NCBI GenBank assembly: GCA_047495785.1
Contig: JBLDXI010000017.1
Span: 930,001 to 994,000 of the forward strand
From: Lepidodermella squamata
Lineage: Eukaryota > Animalia > Gastrotricha
DNA length: 64,000 nucleotides
Reading direction: 5' to 3'
Both the position numbers and the translations under genes were made by a program. Every line of letters starts with the position of its first letter. The stretch's first letter is position 1. Below the pieces are notes generated by a model, which saw only the letters and a program-made list of their open reading frames with translations, was not told the DNA's origin and made no database searches. Positions 13,549 to 25,273 of the stretch are shown in pieces.

Positions 13549-16500
13549 TTAAACTTCGTAAGCATCTCCATGGGACATGTCATGCATTTCGGGTAGGGCG
13601 ATGAACAGCAAAATGGGTACAATAACATTCCACACGCCATTCACGTACATGATACTTTTATCCAGCGCAACACAGTACATTAACCAGCGGCGCTTCAATT
13701 CGTTTTCGTCCGCCTCGTTGCTGCACGCGTTTGACCCTGAGTGCCAGATAGAATGTCGTTTTCTGCCGTTTTTACCGCGTTTTGACCGCGAATTGTGATC
13801 AAACGGGTTGTCGTAGTGGCCTGTGGTGATTTTGTGGAAAATCGACGATTCATCCTCGTCGTGATTTCGACGGTTGTTGTTGTATTTTCCGCTGAAATAT
13901 GACTTCGTGCTCGAATGCCGCCGGCTTTTGTTATAAGCTCGGCTGATGCGTTTGCTAACTCGGCGCAGCAATCCTTCGTGATGGCTGTTCTCGTCGCTGA
14001 CAGGCGGGTCAGGGCAGAAACCTTTGAAATCAGGTGGAGCTACAGCTCCATAAGCCGACGGCGTTTTGCAAGAGCTGCAATGCCGCAGGGGTGACACGTA
14101 GCTAGGATGTTCAGGCTTGTTCAGATCATGAGTGAAGCTGTAGTATTTATGCTGTAAATATGGGAAATTGAGAAAATGAAAATTTAATTTTTTCATTTCT
14201 TTCATATGTATTTTTGAAAAATTTTAATTTAATTTTTGAAATTTTAATCAATTTTTTAATTTTAATTGAAATATTTTATTATTCATTATTCATAATTTTT
14301 TTGAAATTTGCAGCACTAAAATTAGGTTCAAGAATTCGCTAATCGAGGTTCAAGCACTAAATTCCCGATTTTTGGCGATTTCAAATTTTTCCTTTCTTGA
14401 CTGATATTGATGCACCCCATGACCCTAGGGCTAGTAATTTCAGCTGCCTTGCATCCTTAGGTATAAAGGAAAGGATTAAAAGTTGGTTTTCAATACTGAT
14501 GATATCGAAAAAATCACTGATTTGAAAAATCGATACTTGGAATCGATATTCAAAGGAGAACTAGAAACTCGAGAAACCTGGTGTGAGCCTCACATTAGAC
14601 CTTGAACCCTTAATTTAACCTCCTGAAACCAATTACTTACGCTGCCAATTATCCCGCCATTGCCGTGAACCCTGCCAAAAAACGGATCGACGAGGTCGTC
14701 ATGGTTCGGCGGAGCCGCGTAGTCGAAAAACGTCTCACCGTTGACCTGAATCAGCGGCCGTCCGCAATAATCCGGGTTCGGTTGCCAGACAAGATTCGGC
14801 TCACAGTCACCCTCCTCATCATCACCGCCGTAGTTATTTTGAATAAGACCCTCCGCATCGTTGAGCGCCTCCTCCTCGCTCGACCCTTCGCCGAAATTAT
14901 GCCGCAGAATCATCGAACTAGGATTCTCACTGCTGTTGAGTAACGACGAAGATTCAGACCAGTTGTCATTAGGGTGGTTCGCATAGGGCGATGAGAATTC
15001 GTGTTCCTTAGTCATTCTTATCTTGAACCGCCGTTTCGCCTCAATTCCATCATCATTCGCCGATCTAGTTCGCTCTTTAAGGTAGTAGCCCATGCTCACT
15101 TGACTCAACTCGCTTTTTCTTTTCGATGACCTATGTCTGTCTCCCGATCCTTTGAAATGTGGGTTAATTTCGCCATACATGACTGATTCTACGTCGCCCT
15201 TCGACCCAGGCCAGACTATGTTGAAAAACGCAATGAACATTGAGGCGACTGATGGCTCGCATTTCGGGTAACGCAGTACTGTATACAGCATGACGAAGGT
15301 AATTAGGAGGGCGCCGACCAGGTTCACGCTCATTATTGTCATGTAGATCTGGAGTAGGGACATTGTGTCGCTCGACTTCGGAATGTGCGACGCGATACCG
15401 GCGTGCGTGACTGAAGTACCGATGAATAGGGCGGTTAACATGGCCATTCGACCAGGGTGTTCCACTGGTAAGGTATGGCTCAGGGTCTGTAGGGCCGCTA
15501 AGAGGAGTTGCGGAAATATAAAATACCTAAAAATAAGCAAACAATTTTTTTTCAAATTTCGAATTTTTTTTATGATTTACATAAAGTAGAAAGCTGGTTT
15601 GCGCCGAAGTCGGAAAACAACTGTTAAGCTGGAGAAATTTTTCCCATCGTAATTGACCACGTCAGTTTCGACCCGGTAGCTTTTCAGGGACCATTGGAAG
15701 TTGTCGTAGTACTCTTTTACGTCGATGGCTTCGTCGCCCGGGTACAAATAAACGACCAGGTACTTGGTCGGGTAAATCCACGACTCGAAGCGAACCTCGC
15801 AGTTTTGCCAATCGAACTTGAACAGGGAAAAAAAATCTGAAAAATCGGAAATTTAATCGAAAAAATACCGGAAAATATGTGATGATCAGATTGCACCGGG
15901 TGGCTAATCGGCCTGATGGGAAGAATCCGACCTCGCCTCGGAAGCTGACGCCGATATTTGTCATTTTTCTTGTCAAAGCGTGTGGCTCAGGCGAGTTGAC
16001 AATAGCCTGTAAAAATGGATAAAATTTCGGAAAATTCGGATGATTTTGACGATTTTTACTATGTCTGGTAGCCATATTGATTGGCTACCCAGGGCTAGCC
16101 AAGACAGGTTACCGTATTCTTCCGGATCCCAGCGTAGATACTCATCGACCCAGAACATTTTCACGCAAGCTGACATCACCATAGTTTGGTCACGCTCTAT
16201 TAGGTCTTCAATCATCATGACACACATTCCGACTGAAAATATTTTGAAATTTTCCAAAATTTAAAATATTTTAAAATCTTCAACCTTTTACCACAACTGG
16301 GTCTAAATGATCGCGAACCGGTCGAACGTGTTTCGAGTAGTTGCTTTTGAGGAGTAAATGCGAATAGAGCCGATACTCATCCGATGTGTAAACAGACGGC
16401 CGAAATGGCCTATCATCGCGCTGCTTATCTGCCGCGAAATCTTCGAAATCAGGTGGTAAAGGCTGCCCGGTATAGCCGTCACCCGGGCGCCGGGTGACGC

Positions 16501-16657
16501 TGGCGTCATAGTCTTCGTCGTTCGGAGCCAAATCAACTTCCTGCCAGGGGGTCGTGCTGTAACCGGGTGATCTAGGCGCCTTATTCATGCGTAGTGTCAA
16601 CTCATCAGCGATGGTTAGGGGGTTAATATAGCCAAAAATAACAAGCAAAAATATCAT
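13549..16657 (-). CDS. Cys-loop ligand-gated ion channel subunit 1 (nAChR-like scaffold, non-alpha, predicted anion-type filter), 6 exons
   Basis: Signal peptide MIFLLVIFGYINPLTIA, YSKHVRPV, WLPDI, Cys loop CNLIITYFPFDWQNC, ESWIY, M1-M3, LPVEHPGR, MA/M4 ELKRRWLMYCVALDK; GT-AG junctions restore frame. Confidence 0.92.
14310..14552 (+). repeat. Partial copy of the ~400-bp MITE-like family in the M3-M4 intron of channel 1
   Basis: GCAGCACTAAAATTAGGTTCAAG start and AAAATCACTGATTTGAAAAATCGATACTTGGAATCGATAT core. Confidence 0.65.
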
Positions 16658-18457
16658 TTTTTGGAGATTTTCGAAAATTTGTCTCACTAAAAACGCACTC
16701 GGTGATGACAAAAAACTTGCGTGGCTATGCGAGGTGTTCATTTTTTGCAGCTCATTCGATTACGCATATTTTCATTGTATATATCGCACACCTTTCGCGT
16801 CTACTTTACGGCTACTTTTGATGTAATTTTGCGGCTGGTTTAACTCATCATCCAATATAGTTCGGCCTCGAGAAAATTTGCCGCTGATTTGCACCATACT
16901 GGATGAATCTGGGCTAATTCAGGCAAAAATAGCTAAAATCATTTTTTTTACAGAATTAGCGAGCACTCAATTTGCTCGTTTATTTATTTACTTCAAATTT
17001 TAATTAATTTCATTTGCGTCGAGTACGGGAATCAAACTGGTGGTCGATGGGGAAAAATTGGCCTCGAGAAAAAAAACCAAAAATTCCTGAAAAAAGATGA
17101 AAAAATTCCACTATCGAAACTAAGTGGACTTGAAACTCACAAGTTCAATTTATTGATTAAAATACATGAAAACTTTCTGGCTGAACTATTAAACGCATCT
17201 AGAAATTTGATCGGAATAACTGAAATTTGAGATGATTTTTCACTCCCACTGATTACGTTCGTAGTTTTTATTTTTCAGCGTTTGTATTATATTTCCAGTA
17301 ATTTCCATTGCGAGAATAAACTTTTTTGAAGTCGTTTCCGATTTCAAATGCTCACTTCAATTTTAGAAATATTTTATCGATTTTTCTCTCGAAACGGACG
17401 GTTGCAAATTTTGCTATTATTTCATGTATATATCTCGATTATTAATGAGCATTTTATTTTTGCAACTCTGAAAATATATCAGGCCGTGTCAGGTATCCGG
17501 CACAGTCGCGTCGTCCTTGCCGTCAATAAATGAGAGGTAGGTACTATACAGTGCGAGGCGCGCCGCGTCTTTTCACGAGTCGACGCTATGCAATAATATA
17601 AAAAGCAGGCCGTTATACAATGCACATGGCATAACGTAGGGGCACAGAGTTGTGTCTGCGCACCTTCATGTATAAAGCGAAGCCATTTGGCTATTCATCA
17701 TCGCTAGCGTTTAATGACCCAGCTTAGACAGAAACCGTTGCGAATTTCTAATTGAATTTGTTGTAAATTCTCTGTTATCGATAAGAGCTATGTGAATCAT
17801 GCTCAATTCGATGAATTTTTCATGAGGTAGCGATCTTTCTATTATATATATATAGCGATTTTCTACGATGTTTTTGTGATAGATTAATTGGTTGCACTAG
17901 AGGATTCGAGATTGTCTCTACACTTCTGGTGAATTTTGAAAAAATCCGAGTTTTTATTTAAATTATTCATGAAACTGTATGAGCATTTTTTGTCAAGTAC
18001 CGCAGGACAGATTTTTTATTTCAGGTTAAACCGCGTTGTTTATACGCAGAAGCGTGCGTCAACAAAACGGGATGGCAAGACATCACCGCGCGCGATGATG
18101 AGCAAACAGCTGCAATAATAATGATATGATTAATTTGGCCCACTTTGTGCGCCAAGAAATGAAAGTCGCCGCCGCCTATAATGCGCACTGCTTTTGTTAG
18201 TTTGTAGCTCATTATTATTTATATCGCATGTTGTGACTCATCCCAGCACAACCTGCCCGTCGATCATTGAAGTCACTTTTGACCCGATGAGCAGACAGCA
18301 TCTCTTCACCCGTGTCGGCTGTTTATTTGAGCTACCAGACCATAATAATCCGCCCGTAATAAATTGTATCTTCTATCATTTAGTTGTTTATTTTATGCCA
18401 AGCAAATGCCCCTGGAGAATTGGCGGCGGAATCGGCTAACAATTTTAACATGTTAAA

Positions 18458-20343
18458 ATGCATGGTAATTTCTTCAGACGAATTATTTACGCCTTTTTCT
18501 CTTTGGTATATAATTTCCTGAATTGTCATTTTAATTCATAATTTTTTTGAAAAAATTCCAGGTAGCGATAGGACTTGTATTACACGCAGCAGTCAAGTAT
18601 GACCGCTATCCCTTCGGTATTGGAGGGCGTAATTACCGCCTAGCTAGGTCGAGCAGCCAGTTACCAAACGGTGAAACACCCGATGAAATTGTTGGCGGTC
18701 TCTACGATGCCGGTTCAGAATATTCCGATACTAGGCCATCTCGCGACCGATCGACAGACCAGTTCTGCTTAGACGGCGCGCCCCTGCCACCGCGGCCGAA
18801 ACCGACAACTACCGCCAGGTGGAATGTATCGACGACGACCACGGCGATTTATCGAATTTTAAATGCGAATGATTCGATATTAGGCCCGAATTTAGATTTA
18901 GTTGCGGATGCAATTAAGGCGAAATACAGTGATTTGTTGCAATCGACGTTGAATAATCGATCGCCTGACGGGGAGAATGACTCATGCAAGCCGAAAATCA
19001 TCGAGTATCGCTGCATTGGAAATTACAGATCAACTTGTGGAGGTGAGTTGGAAAAAATTCAATTTTTCATTTTTTTTATAATAAAAATAAAATTAATAAA
19101 AAAAATTGAAAAATTGAAAAATTAATAAAGAAAGGATAATTGCAATTTTCTTTCAAAAATTCAAAAAATTCAAAAATTATTGTGATTCATATTTTGCTTT
19201 TTTCCAATTATTTATTTATTTTTTATTTTTTGTAGGTCTTGGTGATCGATTGCGAGGCTTAGCTGCTACATTTATGATCGCCCTGTTGACAAATTCAGTA
19301 TTTTCCCTGAATTGGGACAACCCGGTCAGTCTCGAGGCTTACTACGAACCGCCTTTTTTATCCCGGAAATTGCTGGTCGAACAATTATTTCCTAAATATC
19401 CGTCCGAAGTCGTCATCAGATCGATAGACGAGGAAGAAGGTGATTAAATTTTAATTGCAAAATTTTTTCAAAATTTTTCAAAATTTTTCTAGATATTGTG
19501 TACCTTCTCAGTGATATTGCCAGAATGCGGAAAATCATGAAAGATTACGACGTGATAGCTTTCGAAATCAACTCATTAGTACCCCTTCAAGTTCTACTAT
19601 CCCATCCTTACTATCGATCGATAGCCGATTACTACGAAATCACAAATTTTTCGTACTCTGAATTATTTTCCATCGTCCTGCGAATTCTACTTCCTCAGTT
19701 CACTAAATTAATGTCAACGGCATTAACGCCTCATTTTTCGAGCCTGAAATCACCGCAATACGACGCTAGGTTCGGCTTGCAAATCCGGCTAGGCTCGCAA
19801 GAATGGGCGGAGTCGAAACGGGTGAAAAATTCGCAGATTCGCTGCTTTGTCGACGAAGTTCGAAACATAACCGAGGCGAATAATTACCAAAGTCTACTCA
19901 TTTTTGTGACTTCTGACTCGGCCGATGCATTGCGGCAGGTTGAAGCCGCAGCTTCGGAATCGTTCCGCGGCCGAAATGTCGCCGTTAAGGTGACTACGGC
20001 CGATGACGTGGCGCAGATAACACACATTGACCGGACGAAATTCGGCGGCGATGATGATGATAATAGCCGGCAAGCTTTGCGGACGTTCGCCGATTGGGCG
20101 ATACTATCCGCGCCGGAGATGGACCATTTGATTATTAGCCGGTCGAGTTTTGGCGAAACTGCCAGCCTGCTGCGGTTGGCCGCGAAATCGACGCGGCGAT
20201 TGGCGCATAATGTGACCGATTCGTGCTTTTTCACCGACTACGTCATGACTTCAGTTTGGATGGAATCGTCCACTGGTTCCTACTTAAAATCAATTCAATT
20301 TGTGCCACTTATGTTGATCGTCACCATTTTTTACTGTTTTTGA
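18458..20343 (+). CDS. Type II membrane GT-B fucosyltransferase-like protein (FUT8/NodZ/GT11-like motifs), 4 exons
   Basis: Spliced N-terminus MHGNFFRRIIYAFFSL|VAIGLVLHAAV; CGGLGDRLRGL, FGLQIRLG (motif I), IFVTSDS (motif II), ADWAILS..DHLIISRSSFGETASL (motif III). Confidence 0.75.
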
Positions 20344-20597
20344 GATCGGTTGTGAGTGAATCGAATAAATCCAAAGAATTTTTCAGTTTTTTCTGTTTTT
20401 TTGTTGTTGGGAAAGCAATTTTATGGATACTCAACCTGATAAGCGCGCGTGAAATAATTTCGATTGGAAATATAGGTCATCCGCGAAGTTGTACAGGTCA
20501 AAGCAAAAAATCGGTTTTTCATTGAAATTTCTGCTAAAATAAATTTGACATCAGCGAAAAATTCGGCCAAGTGTACACCTTAAGTGTAGGGTACAAT

Positions 20598-21013
20598 CAG
20601 AGCTTTGGATTTGATTTGATTTGATTTACGGCTTAAATCACGGACCTCCTTCAATCAATCAAAATCAATCATTGTCCCAATTCTCCAGTACTAAATCAAT
20701 CAAATCAAATCATTGACACCCATAAATCACAATGAATCGCGAAACTTCGGGATTTTCAGGAATCTGGGGGCTTCGAAATTCAAGAAATGAATAAAATAAC
20801 GCGAATTTGGAATCACCTTTCCTTTCTAAAGCAAATTTTCATCAAAAAGGGTGGGAGATCTTATCGCGGTATCAAGTTTTTCGATTGCATCGCCAAGGCT
20901 AAATCAAAATCAATCAAATCAAAATGCTTCCCCGCGTAAATCAACCATTTCAAATCTAAATCAGTGAAAATAGGGTCTAAATCAATTCAAATCAAATCAA
21001 ATCCAAAGCACTG
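20598..21013. mobile_element. hAT-like non-autonomous MITE (416 bp)
   Basis: ~27-bp TIR CAG(A/T)GCTTTGGATTTGATTTGATTTGA, 8-bp TSD GGTACAAT at 20590-20597 and 21014-21021, internal AAATC subterminal repeats. Confidence 0.88.
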
Positions 21014-21937
21014 GGTACAATACTACAATTTCCCAAACTATGGTTTCTTTCGAGTATTTCCTATAGGATCTGAATTGTTTGTATTATTCTGCTTGACCGG
21101 TGGATCTAACTATTAAGCGTATTTTGCGCCATCTGTAGTCAGTTTACCAGCCTTCATAGCTGATATCGATTTCTGGTATCGGCTTTAGAAATCAGTGATT
21201 TTTCCGATATCCGCGATCTTGGATGCCAACATTTTGGAAATGTTTCCAACTACACGCTGACTTCAACATTCGGGGTCACTTTTAAATGGAGCGATTTTGG
21301 CATAGCAAATCTCCAAGTTAGCAAGGCAAAGGTACTTCGAGTGGGATACCATTGAGCTTTCCATTGAGTCATCAAAATTCTGCCGAAAATCGAAATTTTC
21401 CCCAAAAGTTGTCCGGCCTGTAATATCAGGTAATGAAACGGGTCGATAATTTTTATTGTAGGCATCTAGGTTCTCTGCGTCGCAGGTTTTCGAACGGTAA
21501 TACCCCACTCAAGGGGTTTGGTGCCAGGATACAGGTCCAGTAATGGAACTTTAATTTTCCGAATCCACTCGAATCGATTTTTTTCCGGTTCGTTTCCGCC
21601 TCTTACAGGTGATTGGGTCGAAATTAATGATTATTTCACAACATGCAGTTGATAAGCTTCTCAAGTTTATTACGAAATTCAGCAAATTTTTTGCAAAAAA
21701 GGTCAAGGCAATTACAAAGGTAGCTCAAATAAATACAGAAAAAATGGATGAATTAAACCAAAAAAGGATAATGAAATTTATAAGAAATAACAGTCTATCA
21801 TTTATTTTTCTAATAAAATAAAAAATAAATCGGAGTGCTGTAGCATTATATACTCACCGCTAAATCGAGATCTATTTTAGTTATACACAGCTTCTCTATC
21901 ACCGATTTTTTTGTCGTAATAAAATAAAAATAATGTC

Positions 21938-24900
21938 TCAAAACTCAACTCCATCCGTTGCCATTATTTCGTTTAGCATAGGTAGAATAACAAAAAGTGT
22001 TAGCGGTATGATGAGGTTCCACACCCCATTCACGTACATGATGCTTTTGTCCAGCGCAACGCAATAGACCAACCACCGATGTTTGAAGTCCTTATTACCC
22101 TGATCGTCCTCATTCTGATTGTGGCGCTCGGTGTTCCGCCTATTAGTATCCCGGCGTTGATTCCGCGTCGGCGAACCACCACTGTCTTCGCCATTCGTGC
22201 AACACGACGACTCAAGTTTCCGCCAAATTTCCGACCCATCCTTTTGCGAGACCGTGTAGGCCCGCGGCCGCGGCTCCTCGCCGTCACCCGTGCTCAATCG
22301 GGGTGAAGGTCGCGAAATTAACGGCGCTGGGATATTACCAGCCGGCGTGTTCTCCGAATCTTCGCTTTCATCCACCGAAAGGGGCGCGGTATTCCGCTGC
22401 CGGATGCAGTGTTGGATCGACATGTACTGCGTCGACTGGCCGCCGCCGTAGCTGCTAACTTTACGCACCAGTTCGCGAGGTAGCACGAGTTTAGGATCAT
22501 CGAAATGCGGCTTCACATAAACTTCGCGCAGAGTCTTAAATAATTACAAAAAAATAACCATTAATTCACGGAAAGAATCCGATTTTTTTTATACACAAGA
22601 AAGAGCCTTTTGACTATTAAATCTATTGAAAGGACAAGTTTACAGTAATTCAGAAAGCTGAAAAATCACGGTAAAACGAATTCTCACATTCTCATCATCT
22701 CCATCATCATCCTTGAATTATCGAAAATTACCGGAATTTCAGTATTTTTTTAAGAAATTTTAAACGAACCTGAACTTTGACATTCGGCCGGTCGGCGTCA
22801 AAGTCCTTAATCTCAACCTTGGTGTGATTTTTGATATCGCCATTATTGGGACAATGCTTCGAATGACCTGTCCCGTTGATTTGGCCGTTTTTCGTTCGCA
22901 GCATGTTAACCGACGGTGACGGCTTTACTACCTCACCCTTCCCGTCCAAGATCCAAGTCCCGGGCACCGAGTTATTTATATCAGGGCTCGCCAAGCCTCT
23001 GCTGTGGCTAAGCGATGGAGTTAATGTTTTGCCGTTTCCATTTGGCGTCTTATGATGACGGCCAGGTTCGGTGGTTATCAACAATTCACCGCTGTTATGC
23101 GACGAACGGGCGACTGAGGACGAAGTTCCGAGTTGTTCAGCCGTAATAGCTCGCTCGTAGCAGTCTTTCGTGTAATTTCGTAACAGCTGGTCTTTCGCCA
23201 TTCGATCGACCTGGTTACGCGACCGGTTGCGCTTTGAGCTTGGGAAACAACCAGTCCCTTCACGGCCGACTTTATCCGGCCAAACAATGCTGAAGAACGA
23301 TGCAAACATTGCTAAAATCGTTGGCTCCTTATTCGGATACCTATTAATATGCCACGAATTTGACTAAAATATTAGGGTGGCTATTTGTTAATTACCGTAA
23401 TACTGTGTAGAGCATAACAAAGGAGTTAATGAGGGCGAAAACCAGGTTGATGCTGACGATGGCCATGTAAATTTGGAGCAGCGACATTGAGTCGGACGAT
23501 TTTGGTATGTGAGCCGCAATTCCTGAATATTCACAAAAATTAGAATAAATTATGTAAAAAATCTGACTGTGTTTTTTTAATTGGCTCCCATCACGTTAAA
23601 GACCTTATTCCTTATAAGCGACTTCCTAATTGGGATTAGGACAATTGGGAACATTTTCACTACTAAAATTGGTGGTGTCGGAGGCTTCTAGAGAATTTGT
23701 TTTTAATTTGGTTTCCGATCACTGATTTGTAAAATCGATATATTTTTTCTTTCCCAACTGTTTTTATTCCGTTTTCGCTAAACTTCCTGAGATTTTAGCT
23801 GAATAAGTTCATATTCAGGCATTTATAGTAGCAAATGATCTTTTATACAAATTATTTAGATTATTTTACGCCACTCCGCTTTGTCAATTCTATAGTCAAT
23901 CGATTTCTCGTTATGCGATTGCCCTCAAGATTGCCTACAAATAGCTCGGACAGGGCTGATAAGTTCTTCCAGGATTTAATGGATGTAAATGGTGGCAAAA
24001 TTTATGCAAATCCTTCTGCGGACCCAATTCCATCATATAACATAACATCTCCGAGGAATACTGATAAAATCGCGCGATTTCTCATGTTTTCCAGTAAAAT
24101 TGCCTACCTGAGTGAGTTACAGAGGCGCCGATGAAAAGGGCTGTTAACATGGTCATACGGCCAGGGTGTTCAACCGGCAGCGTGTGGCTCAGCGTCTGCA
24201 GCAGGGCTAGCATGAGTTCAGGGAAAATGAAGTACATGAAGTAGAAAGCGCTTTTGCGTCGCAGTGAGAACACGAAAGTGATGCATGAAAAATTTTTGCC
24301 GTCGTAGTCGACCTTTTCGGGCAGCGCCCGGTAGCCGAGAATTGTCCAGTGCAAGTTGACGTAGTACTCTTTAATATCGACCGCTTCTTCGCCTGGGTAC
24401 AAATCAATCTCGAGATACTGAGACGGGTAGATCCACGACTCGAAGCGGACCTCGCAGTTTTGACGATCGAATGGGAAATAGGAGATGATTACATTACAAC
24501 GGGTGACAAGGCGACCCGATGGGAAATATCCAACCCCGCCGTCTGATGTCAGATCAACATTTGTCACTTTCCGAGTTAATGAATGCGGCTCGGGAGAATT
24601 GACTATGGCCTAAAATAAAAATAAGTACATTTTAAAAAATTTTAATTTAATTTTCAAAATTTCAAAAAGACTCACGATATCAGGTAGCCAGATTTTATCG
24701 CTGGAAATGGCCATCCAGGTGATGTTGCCGAAGCGTTGCGGGTCCCAGGCCAAAAATTCATCGACCCAGATCATTTTGACGCATGAGGCCATAATCATAA
24801 CTTGGTCACGCTCGATTAAATCTTCAATCATCATCACACACATTCCAACCTAAAATTAGGAAATTATTCCAAGAAAATTCTAGCCAGCTTCAGCCAACTA

Positions 24901-25273
24901 ACCTTGACCTAAAAAAACAAAAAACATTATTATAAAAATAGGAAAATCGGGTATAGATTTATACCGTAATTGGTTTATGGTGTTGACGAACTGGTCTGAC
25001 GTGTTTTTGGTAGTTTTTCCCCAGCAAATTTTCATAAAGCGCATGTTCGGCTGAAAATTCGCCGTCAGTAGACGCCGACCATGGTACTACCGGGGGCGAC
25101 GCTGGGCGTTTGGTCATAATTGAGGCAGGCGGGGGTACTTTAGGCACTGTGGTCTGGCGGCTGTTTCGCGGCACTACAACCGTTTCCTGGTCGACTACGA
25201 CCAGCTCGCGCTGTTTCGCATCCTGTTTCGCCTCACCGACCGCCAGTAACACGAGGAAAAAAAGCAGTAACAT
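21938..25273 (-). CDS. Cys-loop ligand-gated ion channel subunit 2 (same clade), 7 exons including a 6-nt microexon
   Basis: Signal peptide MLLLFFLVLLAVGEA, YQKHVRPV, CNVIISYFPFDRQNC, ESWIY, LPVEHPGRMTMLTALFIG, DFKHRWLVYCVALDK. Confidence 0.92.

Noticed and set aside
20598-21013. GATTT/AAATC short repeat arrays as possible CRISPR or telomeric repeat
   Set aside because: No repeat-spacer structure; explained as subterminal repeats of a TIR/TSD-bounded element in a eukaryotic genome
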